DNA of 64,000 nucleotides, from NCBI GenBank assembly GCA_016748015.1, contig JAAOMT010000777.1:314347-378346 (forward strand), written 5' to 3'. Below the pieces are notes generated by a model, which saw only the letters and a list, made by a program, of their open reading frames with translations, ran no database searches and had not been told where the DNA came from. This DNA is from Geosiphon pyriformis uo1. Taxonomy: Eukaryota > Fungi > Glomeromycota. Of this stretch, positions 1 to 12,090 are shown in pieces (the first letter of the stretch is position 1; each line of letters starts with the position of its first letter). The position numbers and the translations under genes are program-made.

Positions 1-590
1 TTTTTTGTACTGCTGCATAACTTTCTATATGTAGATAAAAGAATCAATGAAAAACGTTGCCAGAGAGAATTTCTATGTCATTTGAATCTATTGATCTGAT
101 AATCTCTATCTAGATTTTTTAACTTTTATTTTTTTGAACGCAGTTTTAGAACTCATAAAACGTTTTATGCGCAGTCATTTATCAAGTCCCAAAGCGGATG
201 GTTTTATCGAGTGTAAAATAAAGTTGTATGTACACTACAATCAGTACCAAAATTTCTACGCGACTAACTAGGTAGTTAATGTAATTTCGGTGTGGATGTA
301 GCGAAGCTATAGGCAGTTATCTAAACTTGGATAGTATAGTCTATGACGTTTCCTGCGTCGAAAAACCAGGCATTATATCACAAGTTGACTTGATTCAAGG
401 AAATCTAACAAGACTTGGTGTGTTGAGAATTGAATGTGATTCGTATTAGCTTTGAATTGTGGGATTTTATTTGCCCATTAAGAAAATAGTAATGAATAAT
501 TGTGCAAACATTAAATCCGCAGCTTGGGGCATATATAAACGACTGTCACAGAAAAACCTTCATGCTTACGCTGATTCTCCATTCTTCATA

Positions 591-3361
591 ATGGCCTTTA
601 CTCACAATTATCCCAAACTCAAATATGACCAGCGAGAGCAGGAAGAAGTTCATCAGCTCGTGGAGACTTTGCAACACAGTTTAGGCGGTGAGGTTGGTGA
701 TTCAAAGAGAAAACGCCATAAGTCTATTAAAAGGTCTTGTTTCGCTACAAAGACGTCGGGGACGATGATTTCCTCCTGGAGAATGAATGATTATGATTAC
801 AAAAAAGCAAATTTACCCACAATGGCAAGAGGCCTTTTCACTAGGGCGGGAGAGGGCGGAAAACACGAAATAGTCTTACGTGGCTATGATAAATTCTTCA
901 ATATTGATGAAGTCCAAGAGACAAAGGTAAAGCTTCAAAAACTCTAAAACAAAAGTATTTCTTACAATAACTTGATTGCTAAGCTTTATTCTAGTGGGAT
1001 AATATTGTCGCAAATACAATTGGCCCTTACGAAATAACCCTCAAAGAAAATGGATGTATTATATTAATCGGTGGTCTACAAGATGGGGAGATTGTTGTGG
1101 CTAGCAAGCATTCCCTCGGACCCAGGTCTGATAAACTTGTTTCACATGCTGAAAATGGAGAGCAATGGCTGGATAAACATTTGGCTAAAGTTGGCAAGTC
1201 TAAGAAAGATTTAGCGAGGTTTTTGAATGAAAATAAAATCACAGCTGTAGCAGAGGTACGTGAGAAGATATATTTATTCAGCAAAATTTCCTATGTATAA
1301 ATTTTTATTTTTCTTAATAGCTTTGCGATGATTCCTTTGAAGAACATATCCTACAATACGACACTGAGCGAAGTGGTCTTTACCTACATGGTGTCAATTT
1401 CAACACAGTAGATCTTAAGACCTGGCCTAGTGACCAAGTCACAGCATTTGCAGGTGAATGTGGCTTTTTCCCAACGAAATATGTAGTCAAAGGCACTGCT
1501 GAAGAAACTAATAACTTTATTGAAGAAATAAAAACAAAGGGAACATGGAATGATTTGGCGATTGAAGGTTTCGTTGTGAGAACAAAAACAAAGAAAACAC
1601 ACGAGGACTTTTTCTTCAAAGCCAAATATGATGAACCATATTTGATGTATCGTGAGTGGCGCGAGATCACCAAATGTATCCTCGCCAAAAAGCCACCTCG
1701 GTCAACCTATCCCCTTAGCAAACACTACATTGAATGGGTAACAGAAAAAATTAGATCCCAACCTGAGCTGTTCAAAGAATATTCCCAGGGACATGGTATA
1801 ATTAAGGTTCGTGAAATGTTCGTTGAGCAATTGGACGCCGAAGGAGGTCAAGACAAAGCAAAAAAAATCCCCAAAGAAGAACGCCATAATTTTAAGAAAA
1901 CTCTGTTAATGCCGGTTGGAACGGTAGGATGTGGTAAGTTCATAATAGAGAATCATTTGTCAATTTCAAGACATAATCCCATTACGTTGAAAAAATATAA
2001 AAAATTTCAGGAAAGACAGCACTCTCCCTAGTGCTTGCCCACCTGTTCAATTTCGGTCACGTACAGAATGATAATATAGTTCAGAAAAAACCTCGGGAGG
2101 TTTTTTATAAATCCATAATTGAAGAATTTTCCTTAAACGATGTCGTTATCGCTGACAGGTAATCTCGACTTAGAAAAAAGGATTTCTTGCGTTCTTAAAT
2201 TCTTATGTAAAACTTAAGTCAGGGAAATTTTTATATCTTCATAGGAACAATCATTTGATTGAACTCCGTCAAAGCCTTATACAAGCGGTTCAGACTGTTT
2301 ACCCAAAGATCAAAATTGTCGCCCTGTATTGGAATCCTAACGACCATCCTCATGAAGAAATCTTCGATGCAACTTCCCGGCGAATCATTTCTCGAGGGGA
2401 GAATCATCAATCTCTTACTCCTGGGAATCCCGCATTTGAACATGTAATATGGAGATTCCTACGTGATTTCGAGCCATTGGATTCTAATAATGGGGTAGAT
2501 GATCAGTACGTACATTTAATAGATTTAGATCCATTAAAAGAACTCGAAATCAATCTTGAGACTACTATCAATGAGTTACAGCCATTACTTGGATTTTCAC
2601 AACCAAGTAAGGAAGCTATTGATGAAGCATTACGAATTACTCATGAATATCAACCCTCAGTACGAAGGGCATATAACTCGAAACAGGAAAGAAGTAATAG
2701 CCGAGACATAAAAGGGAAAGGGAAAGGGAAAGGGAATGGTAAAGGTAAAGGTAAAGGCAAAGGTAAAGGCAAGGCGTCATATAAAAGCCACGGTGAACAT
2801 TCTCAAGATGAATATTTTATGGAGCCAGTATCAAAATCAAATCCTGTTGTTTCAAGTCAACAAGTGAAGCCAAAAAAACATTACACTTATTATGGGATTG
2901 CCGTTGATTTAAATGTCAAGGACTTTCTAGAAAAATATTTCGCTAGACACCCAGAATTGGATAATACATTATTTGAGGAACTTGTCCAAAAGAAACGCAT
3001 CCAGCCGAAACATCATATCACTCTGATTCACCGCCAAAAATCCAAAGAACATGATCTATGGGGTCATTACAAAAGCATGTGTGAAAACTCATCTGAAAAT
3101 AGTGTCAACGTATGTATTGATAAACTTGTTTATAATTCTGAGATTATGGCATTGGTCGTGAAAGATATATTGCCTGCTGAGATCAAGTATGTGAATCGGA
3201 TTCCACATATCACAGTCGCAACAATCACAGATAATGTTAAACCTAGACAATCGAATCAAATGCTTGAGGGTGCATTGGTCGAGGAAAAAAACGAGACAGA
3301 TTTGGTCGTACATCATCTTGATTCAGAATTGCATGTTACTGGAACTGTTAAGGGGTTCTAA
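591..3361 (+). CDS. TRL1: Fungal trifunctional tRNA ligase (ligase-kinase-cyclic phosphodiesterase), 5 exons: ~591-926, 995-1255, 1321-1933, 2011-2158, 2245-3361
   Basis: The spliced translation gives RGYDKFFN, motif I TLKENGCII, SKHS, ELCDDSFEEHI and EGFVVR/FFKAKYDEPYLMYREWRE (ligase); the P-loop GTVGCGKT, QNDN, ADRNNH and RGENHQS (kinase); and HHITL...PHITV (2H phosphoesterase). Introns are GT-AG. Confidence 0.95.
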
Positions 3362-3542
3362 TAAAAGTTAAACTATACTAATCAATGACTGATTACGCTT
3401 ATTGATAATTTATAAAAAAAATTTGCTCAGCGCTTAAACCATTGGACAGGTTCACCATGCTTAACTTTCTGGCAGTGGCTATAAAATAAATCAAATTTCC
3501 CTATTCTTTAGAAAAAAAAGTGTACTTTTTAAAATTACTATT

Positions 3543-6124
3543 ATGGCAGATAGGCTCACAAGAATAGCAATCGTAAGCACTGACAAGTGCAAGCCAAAAA
3601 AGTGTAGACAAGAATGTAAAAAATCTTGCCCCGTCGTAAGAATGGGTGAGTGGTATTAAAGAATTGAAATACATTAGGCTTTTGTTACCATTTTCAAGTT
3701 AGAGTGTTGATTTAAGGTGGTAGCATTATCATTTGAACTCGAACTCTCTGGGAAGCTAACCATACTTCAATAAATATTCACTTTTTCTAAAGTTTAATTC
3801 ACTCCTCATTTTTCAGGAAAACTCTGTATTGAGGTCACTCCTGATAGCAAAGTTGCATTCATTTCGGAGGAACTATGCATTGGTTGTGGAATATGTATCA
3901 AAAAATGCCCATTTGGTGCGATTATGATCATCAACCTCCCTACAAATTTGGAAAAAGAAGTTACACATCGTTACTCGGCCAATTCCTTTAAACTACATCG
4001 GCTGCCAGTTCCACGACCTGGTCAAGTGCTTGGCTTGGTGGGAACAAATGGTATCGGCAAGAGTACAGCAATTAAAATCCTAGCTGGGAAACTGAAGCCA
4101 AATCTTGGAAGATATGAGGTAACACATTTTTTTATTCAATACCTTTACGCAGGTTGCGTGTTGATTACAGTTAATACATATTTTTATATTGTCATTTTAA
4201 ATCAAAATAGGAACCACCGGATTGGCAAGATATTCTAAAATACTTCCGAGGATCAGAGCTCCAAAATTATTTCACCAAGATTCTCGAAGATAACTTAAAG
4301 GCATTTAATAATAGTGCAATTCGATTTTAAGTTTTACCCGTTTCCTTACAAGTAAAGCTAATGATTTTAAAAATTAGGCCATTATCAAACCGCAATATGT
4401 TGACCATATTCCTAAAGCAGTAAAAGGCTCGGTAACGAAGCTAATTGATGCCAAACTTGAAAGAGATAATAGACAGGAGATGATTGATGCGTTGGATTTG
4501 AAGGACGTTCTAAACCGTCAAGTCGAGGAATTATCAGGCGGAGAATTACAACGTTTTGCTATTGGTATTGTATGCATTCAGAAAGCTGATATGTAGGTAC
4601 TAAAAATATTTCTCTCATAATTCTTATTTCTCGAATTTCGGGTTGATCATTTTTTATTAATTAAGATATATGTTTGACGAACCTTCATCATACCTGGATG
4701 TGAAACAACGTTTGAAAGCAGCGAGAACAATAAGAGGCCTGTTGGCCCCTACGACGTAATTTGATAACTCATGGTATTTGTTACTCGTTGAACTACTTAC
4801 CAAAACTCTGGCTCTATTTTTTAGCTATGTTGTCGTAATTGAACACGATTTATCAGTCCTTGATTATCTTTCGGATTTTATATGTGTATTATATGGAATG
4901 CCGTCTGTCTATGGTGTTGTAACTATGCCATTCTCTGTTCGTGAAGGTATAAACATTTTTTTGGACGGTAAAGTTCCCACCGAGAATTTGCGTTTCCGTG
5001 AGGAGTCTTTGACATTCAAGTTAGCAGAAACGGCTGAAGATGAAAAGGAAGTAGAGAAATATCGAAGATACAGTTATCCAGATATGACCAAGACGCTAGG
5101 TAAACTTTTATTTCATGATGTAATATTCAGTTATCGACGCTATTGTAAATTGATATAAAATAAATATTTTAGGTGACTTCAAACTTGAGATCAAGGCAGG
5201 GGAATTTACAGATTCTGAAATTATTGTCATGCTTGGTGAAAATGGAACGGGAAAAACTACATTTATTCGTCTATTGGCTGGTGCCATACGACCTGATGGC
5301 GATGAATCTGTTCCAGAGTTAAATGTGAGCTATAAGCCTCAGAAAATATCTCCCAAGTTTCAAGGGACAGTACGGATGCTTTTTCTGAAAAAGATCAAGG
5401 CAGCTTTTATGCATCCCCAGTTCCAAACGGACGTCGTCAAACCCATGCAAATTGAAAGCATTGTTGATCAAGAGGTGATACATTTATCTGGTGGGGAATT
5501 GCAGCGTGTGGCTATCGTGCTCGCGTTGGGACAACCGGCAGACATTTATTTAATTGATGAGCCTTCCGCTTACTTGGACTCTGAACAACGTATTGTTGCA
5601 GCCAAAGTAATAAAAAGGTACGGAACAAAATTCGAAGAGTGGAGCTGCAAAAAATCCAACTGTAGTTGAAATTTGTCTACTCTTCTTTTCCAGATTCGTT
5701 CTCCATAATAAGAAAACAGCATTTGTTGTGGAGCACGACTTTATAATGGCAACTTATTTAGCTGATCGTGTCATAGTTTATGAAGGTGTACCTTCAGTAA
5801 CCGCAATGGCCAACACGTATTTATTATATTGAATTTATTTTTCTGCTTTTATGTAAAATTAAAAATTTCTTAAATCAATTTTGTCTCTATAGGCCTCAAT
5901 CTTTGTTGACAGGCATGAATGCTTTTTTGTCGAGTCTTGAAATTACGTTTCGACGCGATCCTACAAATTTCCGACCAAGAATCAACAAAGCTGACTCTTT
6001 AAAAGATAAAGAACAAAAACTTAGTGAGTAACTAAATTCTTGATTATTTTTCATATTCAATTTCTAAATCGCAATTTATTATAATTTAGGTGGAAATTAC
6101 TTCTTTTTGGAATCTGAAGCCTAA
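3543..6124 (+). CDS. RLI1: ABCE1/RNase L inhibitor, Fe-S ABC ATPase for ribosome recycling; multi-exon
   Basis: N-terminal [35 protein letters not shown] and [13 protein letters not shown] Fe-S motifs; two ABC cassettes ([26 protein letters not shown] x2); C-terminal [15 protein letters not shown]...[10 protein letters not shown]. Confidence 0.97.
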
Positions 6125-6374
6125 AATGCAGATTTGATGTATAATTTATTTTTGGTTAAAATACGTTGTTGTGTGCACAATATTCGAAGCTGACGTAAAA
6201 GTAATACTAGTATAATATATAACTTGAATCTATAAAATTTTGTACAGTATCGTTCCAATTAGGCTCTAAACAAATAGAAGATGTCTTCATAATAAATTAC
6301 CTTTTTAACGGTTGTCATTTTTTAAGGATAAGAAAAAACTGCATTAGCAATAAATGGGCAAATTGATCTATCCA

Positions 6375-7821
6375 TTATTCAAAATTCTGCAAAATCTTGA
6401 TCAACTTCTTATTAGTCATTTCAGTAAGGATAAAGTAATTATGATTCTTTGCAGGATCAAACATTGTGATATGAGCCTTAATTTCATTATTGAATTCGCA
6501 ATTGTAAGGCGAAAAGTATTGACGCATATGCGATGGTGGAACAGAAATAAAAGTCCGTGAAGTACCGAGCTTTTTGTCAGGAATCTAGTGAAATGGATAT
6601 ATTCATTAAATGAAAAATTCATTGAATTTGCTCAAGAGAAAATCAAGTTTATACTAGCTTCACCTGGGTATAATAACAATGAAAAGTTATATTAGAGTCC
6701 TCAACTAATTTTTCAACCCTGTATAAAGTAAAATTCCTGTATTAGATTCAGAATAAATATCAAAATCATAAGATAATCAAATATGAAACTTGTAACATTC
6801 CTCTTGATCATTTCTTTTTCATCAACCAATACGCCAACATATTTAAGATGGCTAGTCACCCACTCCATGCCTTCACTCACTTTCTCTCTGTACATATAAG
6901 TTGCAGCACCAATAGCACCAACCGCTGCTGCTGCCGTAGCCCATTTAAATAAAGTACCGGAACCTTTTGATGAAGACTTGGGTTTAGAAGATGATGACAT
7001 TGTAATTGATGGTTTTGAAGTGGTTTCATCTGAAGTACTACCCCACATCGTTTGAGCGAGTAAGGCGCTAGCAGTCAAGAAAGATATCGTAGTACTAGCC
7101 TTTTCCGACATATCGGCAGCATGGCTTTGAAGATTCGATGAATTTAAATTTTTAACGAAGAAAAGAATAATAATGACATGTTAAAATAACGAAAAATACC
7201 TATAGGCACCAGTCACCATGTTATGATGATCTAGTCCATAGTACGGTGTGTCGTATGCCAGGAGTCCTAATATTCTTGGAGTTGGTTCACCAAGTTCACC
7301 AAGTGATCTATATTTAAGAATAACATCGGCAGCTAGAAATGGGATTGTTATATTGAACGTAAAAGAAATGGTTGTAAAATTTAGGTGAAATGAGAGGGAT
7401 AGATTCTCTTCAAAATGGGCATAAGGTGAAAAAAACTCGTATACCTAAAATTCCACCCATGGAGTGGCCGAACAAACATACCCAAACAGGTAAATTAACT
7501 TTACTTTGTTCTTCTACGAGATTACTTAACCAAGTACAAAAATTTTCAACGGCTTGTTTCAAATCACCGCGTGTTTCATATTGTGGGTAGACAATGGACT
7601 CGGCCTGAATGTTTGGTACTTGAGACATGCTATTTTGGAGAAAATCTGGAAAACCCTATGGATTAACAGTTTACACCAAAGTTTTAGGGCAAGAGGATCT
7701 TGCAAAATATTGTGGTAAATAATAAAAGACAAGAGTTAAAAATGCATACTGAAAAAGTCTGTTCATCCCCCTTGAAACCGTGTATAAATATGAGCAAAAG
7801 TTTGTGAGCAAAAGTCGACAT
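6375..7821 (-). CDS. Alpha/beta-hydrolase (DUF676-like putative serine esterase/lipase), multi-exon
   Basis: Exons read MSTFAHKLLLIFIHGFKGDEQTF, nucleophile elbow GHSMGG, LAYDTPYYGL, a hydrophobic segment WATAAAAVGAIGAATY, WVTSHLKYVG, FHCYYTQ, RTFI and EIKAHITMF, ending ...ILQNFE*. Confidence 0.85.
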
Positions 7822-8259
7822 GGTGTCTAAAAATTGCGAGAATGCTTTTCACTAGAGAATAGAGGGGCTTTTTTTAAATTTTTGAGTTATTATGTTTTAT
7901 AGACACGTGTCACTTGATTTTTTAAACAAAAGGACTTTAGCGGTAAGATCACTAAGCAAAGAATTTCTGAATTTCAAAAATATGAATTTATCATTGGAGG
8001 ACATCCATCTTCTCAAAAAATTTGACAAAGTTAAAAAAAAGTAAAAAAAAAAAAATGCGCTAAAAGACTCGACTCTTTTAAACCAGTATGATAAATATTG
8101 AAAGCTTATATGAAATTAATTTTTAACCTTGGGAAGGAGCCTTAACTACAGAGATGAATTGATTAATTGATGAGAATGAATGAATGAATTATTTTTTAAT
8201 TATTTATGCAAGAAATAAAAAATAAAAAAAAATAACCACCAAAAAAAAAATATATATCT

Positions 8260-8788
8260 TAGAAAATGAAAATGTGAAAAGAAAAAAAAACTTACAATTG
8301 ACAAATTCTCCAGGACGATGGGACTGATCCGTAGCTTCAACAAAGCCAGACTATCAAATTTAAATAAGGTTAACAAAATATCGAGAAGGGATTTAGAAAA
8401 AATGTGTGTGGTGTGGAATGAGAAGAACCATCAGTTTTTACAAATATTTTTTTCATTTTTTTTTTTTTCATTTTTTACATACATGACGGGCATTTGGAGC
8501 CTCAATCCTATCTTGTGTTGGGATGTTCGGTTTATCACTTAGTGCCTCGTGAGCTCGCTGAAAGATGGGATAATATGAAATTTTTAATAATAATAAAAAT
8601 TTCCCCCCAAAGAAGAATGTAAAAAGATATGTTCTAATAGCGAACCTTAATAACAATCATTGACAAAAGTATAAAATGTTACTCACCTCAGTATATCCAA
8701 CAGGATTTTTGTGTAATACATATTTCTGAACATCTTCTTTGGTCTGAATAGGGGGACGAGTGGTAGAGCCAACGTTTTTTTGGGACAT
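8260..8788 (-). CDS. Small multi-exon hypothetical protein (~75-90 aa); 3' end uncertain
   Basis: ATG at 8788 opens MSQKNVGSTTRPPIQTKEDVQKYVLHKNPVGYTE, then a GTGAGT donor, TTCAG|RAHEALSDKPNIPTQDRIEAPNARH, a GTATGT donor, and GATAG|SGFVEATDQSHRPGEFVN. Exons are GC-richer than the introns and the frames are consistent. Confidence 0.6.
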
Positions 8789-9127
8789 TTTTGAAAATTC
8801 TTGAACTTTTTGCTCAGCTGTAGAGTTTTTTTTTAAAATGTTCTGGCAAGAGGATTTTTCTTATACCACATGTTCTTTTGATGATTTAATTTATACTTTA
8901 CATTTCGTCATTGATCCAAAGGATATCAATATCCATTATTAAAATCTTTAAATTTTTGAGATTTTTTAAGAGAACACTCAGTATATTAAAAATTTATTTT
9001 AAATTAGACAAAGCAGAAGAAAATTCAAATTTATAAAATGACGTGTTTTTACCCAGTATTCCCTATTTTATGTAAGAATCCAGTTGTAAATTATAGAGTA
9101 AAAAATATTGTTTATAAATTCGTTCAG

Positions 9128-9482
9128 CTAAGTTTCATTTGATAATATAACGTTCCCGGAAATGTCTTCTACTTTTTTAAAATACTTTGTGGATAATATA
9201 CCATCTATGCCCTTGGAAAGTATGACTCCATTAGCCGATTCAAAAAATTCAATTCCGTCTATGACAAAAATGTTTTTTTTAATTAAATATAGCCTATTAT
9301 TGTTGTTTAGTATAAAAATGAAATCCACTTTACCAGCTATGGCTTTTTCGAGATCCACAATGATAAATAAATCACAATTAGCACGGACCCCTATTGAAAG
9401 CAAAATCAGTATCCTGATACACATGTATTATGCAGTAAAAGAACACGAATCCACAAGAAACAATAACAACAACAATAATAAT

Positions 9483-9550
<68 letters not shown>

Positions 9551-10084
9551 CAACAACAACAACTACTACTACAAACAACAAATTTACCGCTTTTAACATT
9601 AGGATCACCCCATCGACCGTTAGCAAAGTGTATATGATTTCGACTCATTTTGGAAAGACCTTTGGATTCTAGAAGAGTGAACCGGAATTAGGATTTGGAA
9701 CTAAAATTACTATAGGATAAAAAGTCTTTTGAAATTTCTCACCTATACTTTTCCAATTTGTCATATAAGTACCATGTATAACTTGTGGGAACAAAGTGGG
9801 ATCCGTAATTCTTACCAACTCTAATTGTTCAACCTTGAAGGAATATTTCCAATTCGAACAAAGAAAGTTAAAAGATATTATTTTTGAATATGATCTAAAT
9901 TTAAAAACTCTGGGTCCAACATACTTGAATACTATGGCCTTGATTTGCACGAATGAACCATTTTGAGCCACCAAGCTCAGATACTTCTTCAACAAGCTTA
10001 TACCGTTGCTTATCATTGTTTTGAACAGCTTCTTTTATGTCAGCAAAACTTTTTCCCCTTAATTTAGGTAGATTCAACTTTGAA

Positions 10085-10159
<75 letters not shown>

Positions 10160-10381
10160 GATAATTTAGAAATTTCTCAAATCGATTAAAATTTATCATA
10201 AATAGAATATACGCGTTTTGTCATCACGTACCAATTCATCCAAACTAACAAATCCATCAGGACGAACATGAAGCCCTTCCTTTTCAGCACCATGACGTAA
10301 AATATATGCTAAAATCTTTGATAAACGAATTTTTGGATCTTCATTTTTTCTCTGCTTTTCATTTCGACGTGAGGAAGACAT
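9128..10381 (-). CDS. TPT1: tRNA 2'-phosphotransferase (NAD+-dependent; Tpt1/KptA family), 6 exons
   Basis: The spliced translation has the Tpt1 signatures LSKILAYILRHGA, RPDGFV, NDKQRY, IRANQGHS, VIHGT, GLSKMSRNHIHFA and FESANGVILSKG. All introns are GT-AG. Confidence 0.95.
9460..9571. repeat. Compound (AAC)n/(AAT)n/(ACT)n microsatellite in a TPT1 intron
   Basis: Trinucleotide tract visible directly in the sequence. Confidence 0.9.
10085..10158. repeat. (AAT)n microsatellite in TPT1 intron 1
   Basis: Directly visible. Similar tracts lie at ~11428-11479, 13742-13785, 13968-14071, 14291-14358 and 25371-25444. Confidence 0.9.
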
Positions 10382-11425
10382 TGGATGAATAAATTTAAGT
10401 TTGTGTATAATGATTTTATAAATCCCCAGTCCCCCGATTACGGTCTTTATATATATATATATATATAATTTCCAAGATATGTAGTAACATATGTCAAAAA
10501 TCACATGATTTATATTTGTTCAGAAAATGAAACTGCGGTTAAAAATTTTCGGGTATTTCTATACACACACAAAAACTCCACTTACTCAACTTAAAAGAAT
10601 AAATTGGGTAAGAGATTTTCAGTCGAGACTATTAAAGAGACACTGCGGTAACTGCTTTTTCTATTTTTAATGTGAAAAAAGGGATATGTGCTAACTTTCT
10701 TTTTTTGTACAACATGACCAATTATATTTTTTGTTTACGAGTCATTTCCCAGGTGGAGAGGAGGAGGAGGAGAGAGAGTGGGGCTAACTTAAAAAAAAGT
10801 CTAATATATATATATATTCAAAAAAGGTATCAGTAGTGTTTTGTTTTTTTCTTTTATAATTTGAAAAAATATTTCATATATATATATATATATATATGAA
10901 TAAACTTCCTCCCCTCTCCCCATTTTTTTTTTGAAATTATTTTTACATCAAAAATGCCTAATCGTGAAAATTTATCATAATTGTTTTTTTTTAACAAATT
11001 TATATTTAAAAAAAAAAACCTGTTTGAGGTTTTCAAAGATTTCTTATTTATTCTTGTCAAAGTAATTCATATCTATGATCCAAGGTCCCTGGTTACGAAA
11101 CTTGAATTTTTCTTGTCCCCAGAGTATAAAAAAAACTTTAATCGTTAAAATCTAAAGGTTCAAGAGTAACCAAAAAGACCATCATGAAAAAAAAAAGGAT
11201 CAAAATTCCCTTTGAAAATTGAGGGTATCCATTAAATTTTTATTTCGGTGAATTTTTAGTCTTTTCACCAATAAATACTAAAATCAAGCTTTGTCACATT
11301 CTTCTTAAATTCATAGGCCTTTATCAAGTTTTGAGGTGCTTGTCATTTTTCCTATGAACCACTAATGATTTCAAAATAACATACTGAAAGAAAGATACTT
11401 TCCGATGCCGGCTACCCTTCTCTTC

Positions 11426-11479
<54 letters not shown>

Positions 11480-12090
11480 GGGCCAATCCTAATCAAAAAT
11501 ATTTTTGTTACATCTGATTGGTTTTTAGGCATACACTGTTGACTATATATATGATAATCTCAGAATCTTATTATCGACGACAAAGCTTTCAAAATATCGA
11601 ATCTTTCAATGAAAGTGTTGATTATCATGACTCACTACTAACCAAATATTGTAAACACCTTTTATATTTTTCATGATTGTTATCAGAATTTAGGCCTCAC
11701 AGCTGATGGACCACTTATAATGGTCGATATACATCAAAAGATTAAACTTAAAAAAAAATTAAAAAAATGTGAAATAATCTATATCAACAAGATTTTAGGC
11801 AAATAGACTTTTAAACATGACACTTGGTTCTTTTTATTGAGTGAAATTTATGAAAACCGAAATCAAAATTATATAGATCAATTTGTCCTAATCTAGGATT
11901 CCCAAGTGAAACAACGCACAGAAATGTAAAATTATTATACGAGATTTCACGTATGTAAAAATATAAAAGAATCGCAAAATATAAAGCGAAAAGGGGATAT
12001 ATATTAACAACCATTAGCGAAAGGAAATTATCGCAGAAAAAAAATATTTAACATGAAAATCTTGGAATCTCCTCTCAATAACGTCAGATG

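Noticed and set aside
459-590. Upstream GTG-initiated extension of the first TRL1 ORF
   Set aside because: Eukaryotic gene; ATG 591 is the more plausible start and the upstream part shows no ligase-like sequence.
9162-9648. Poly-N, poly-V/I and poly-C/Y ORFs
   Set aside because: These are translations of an intronic microsatellite in TPT1.
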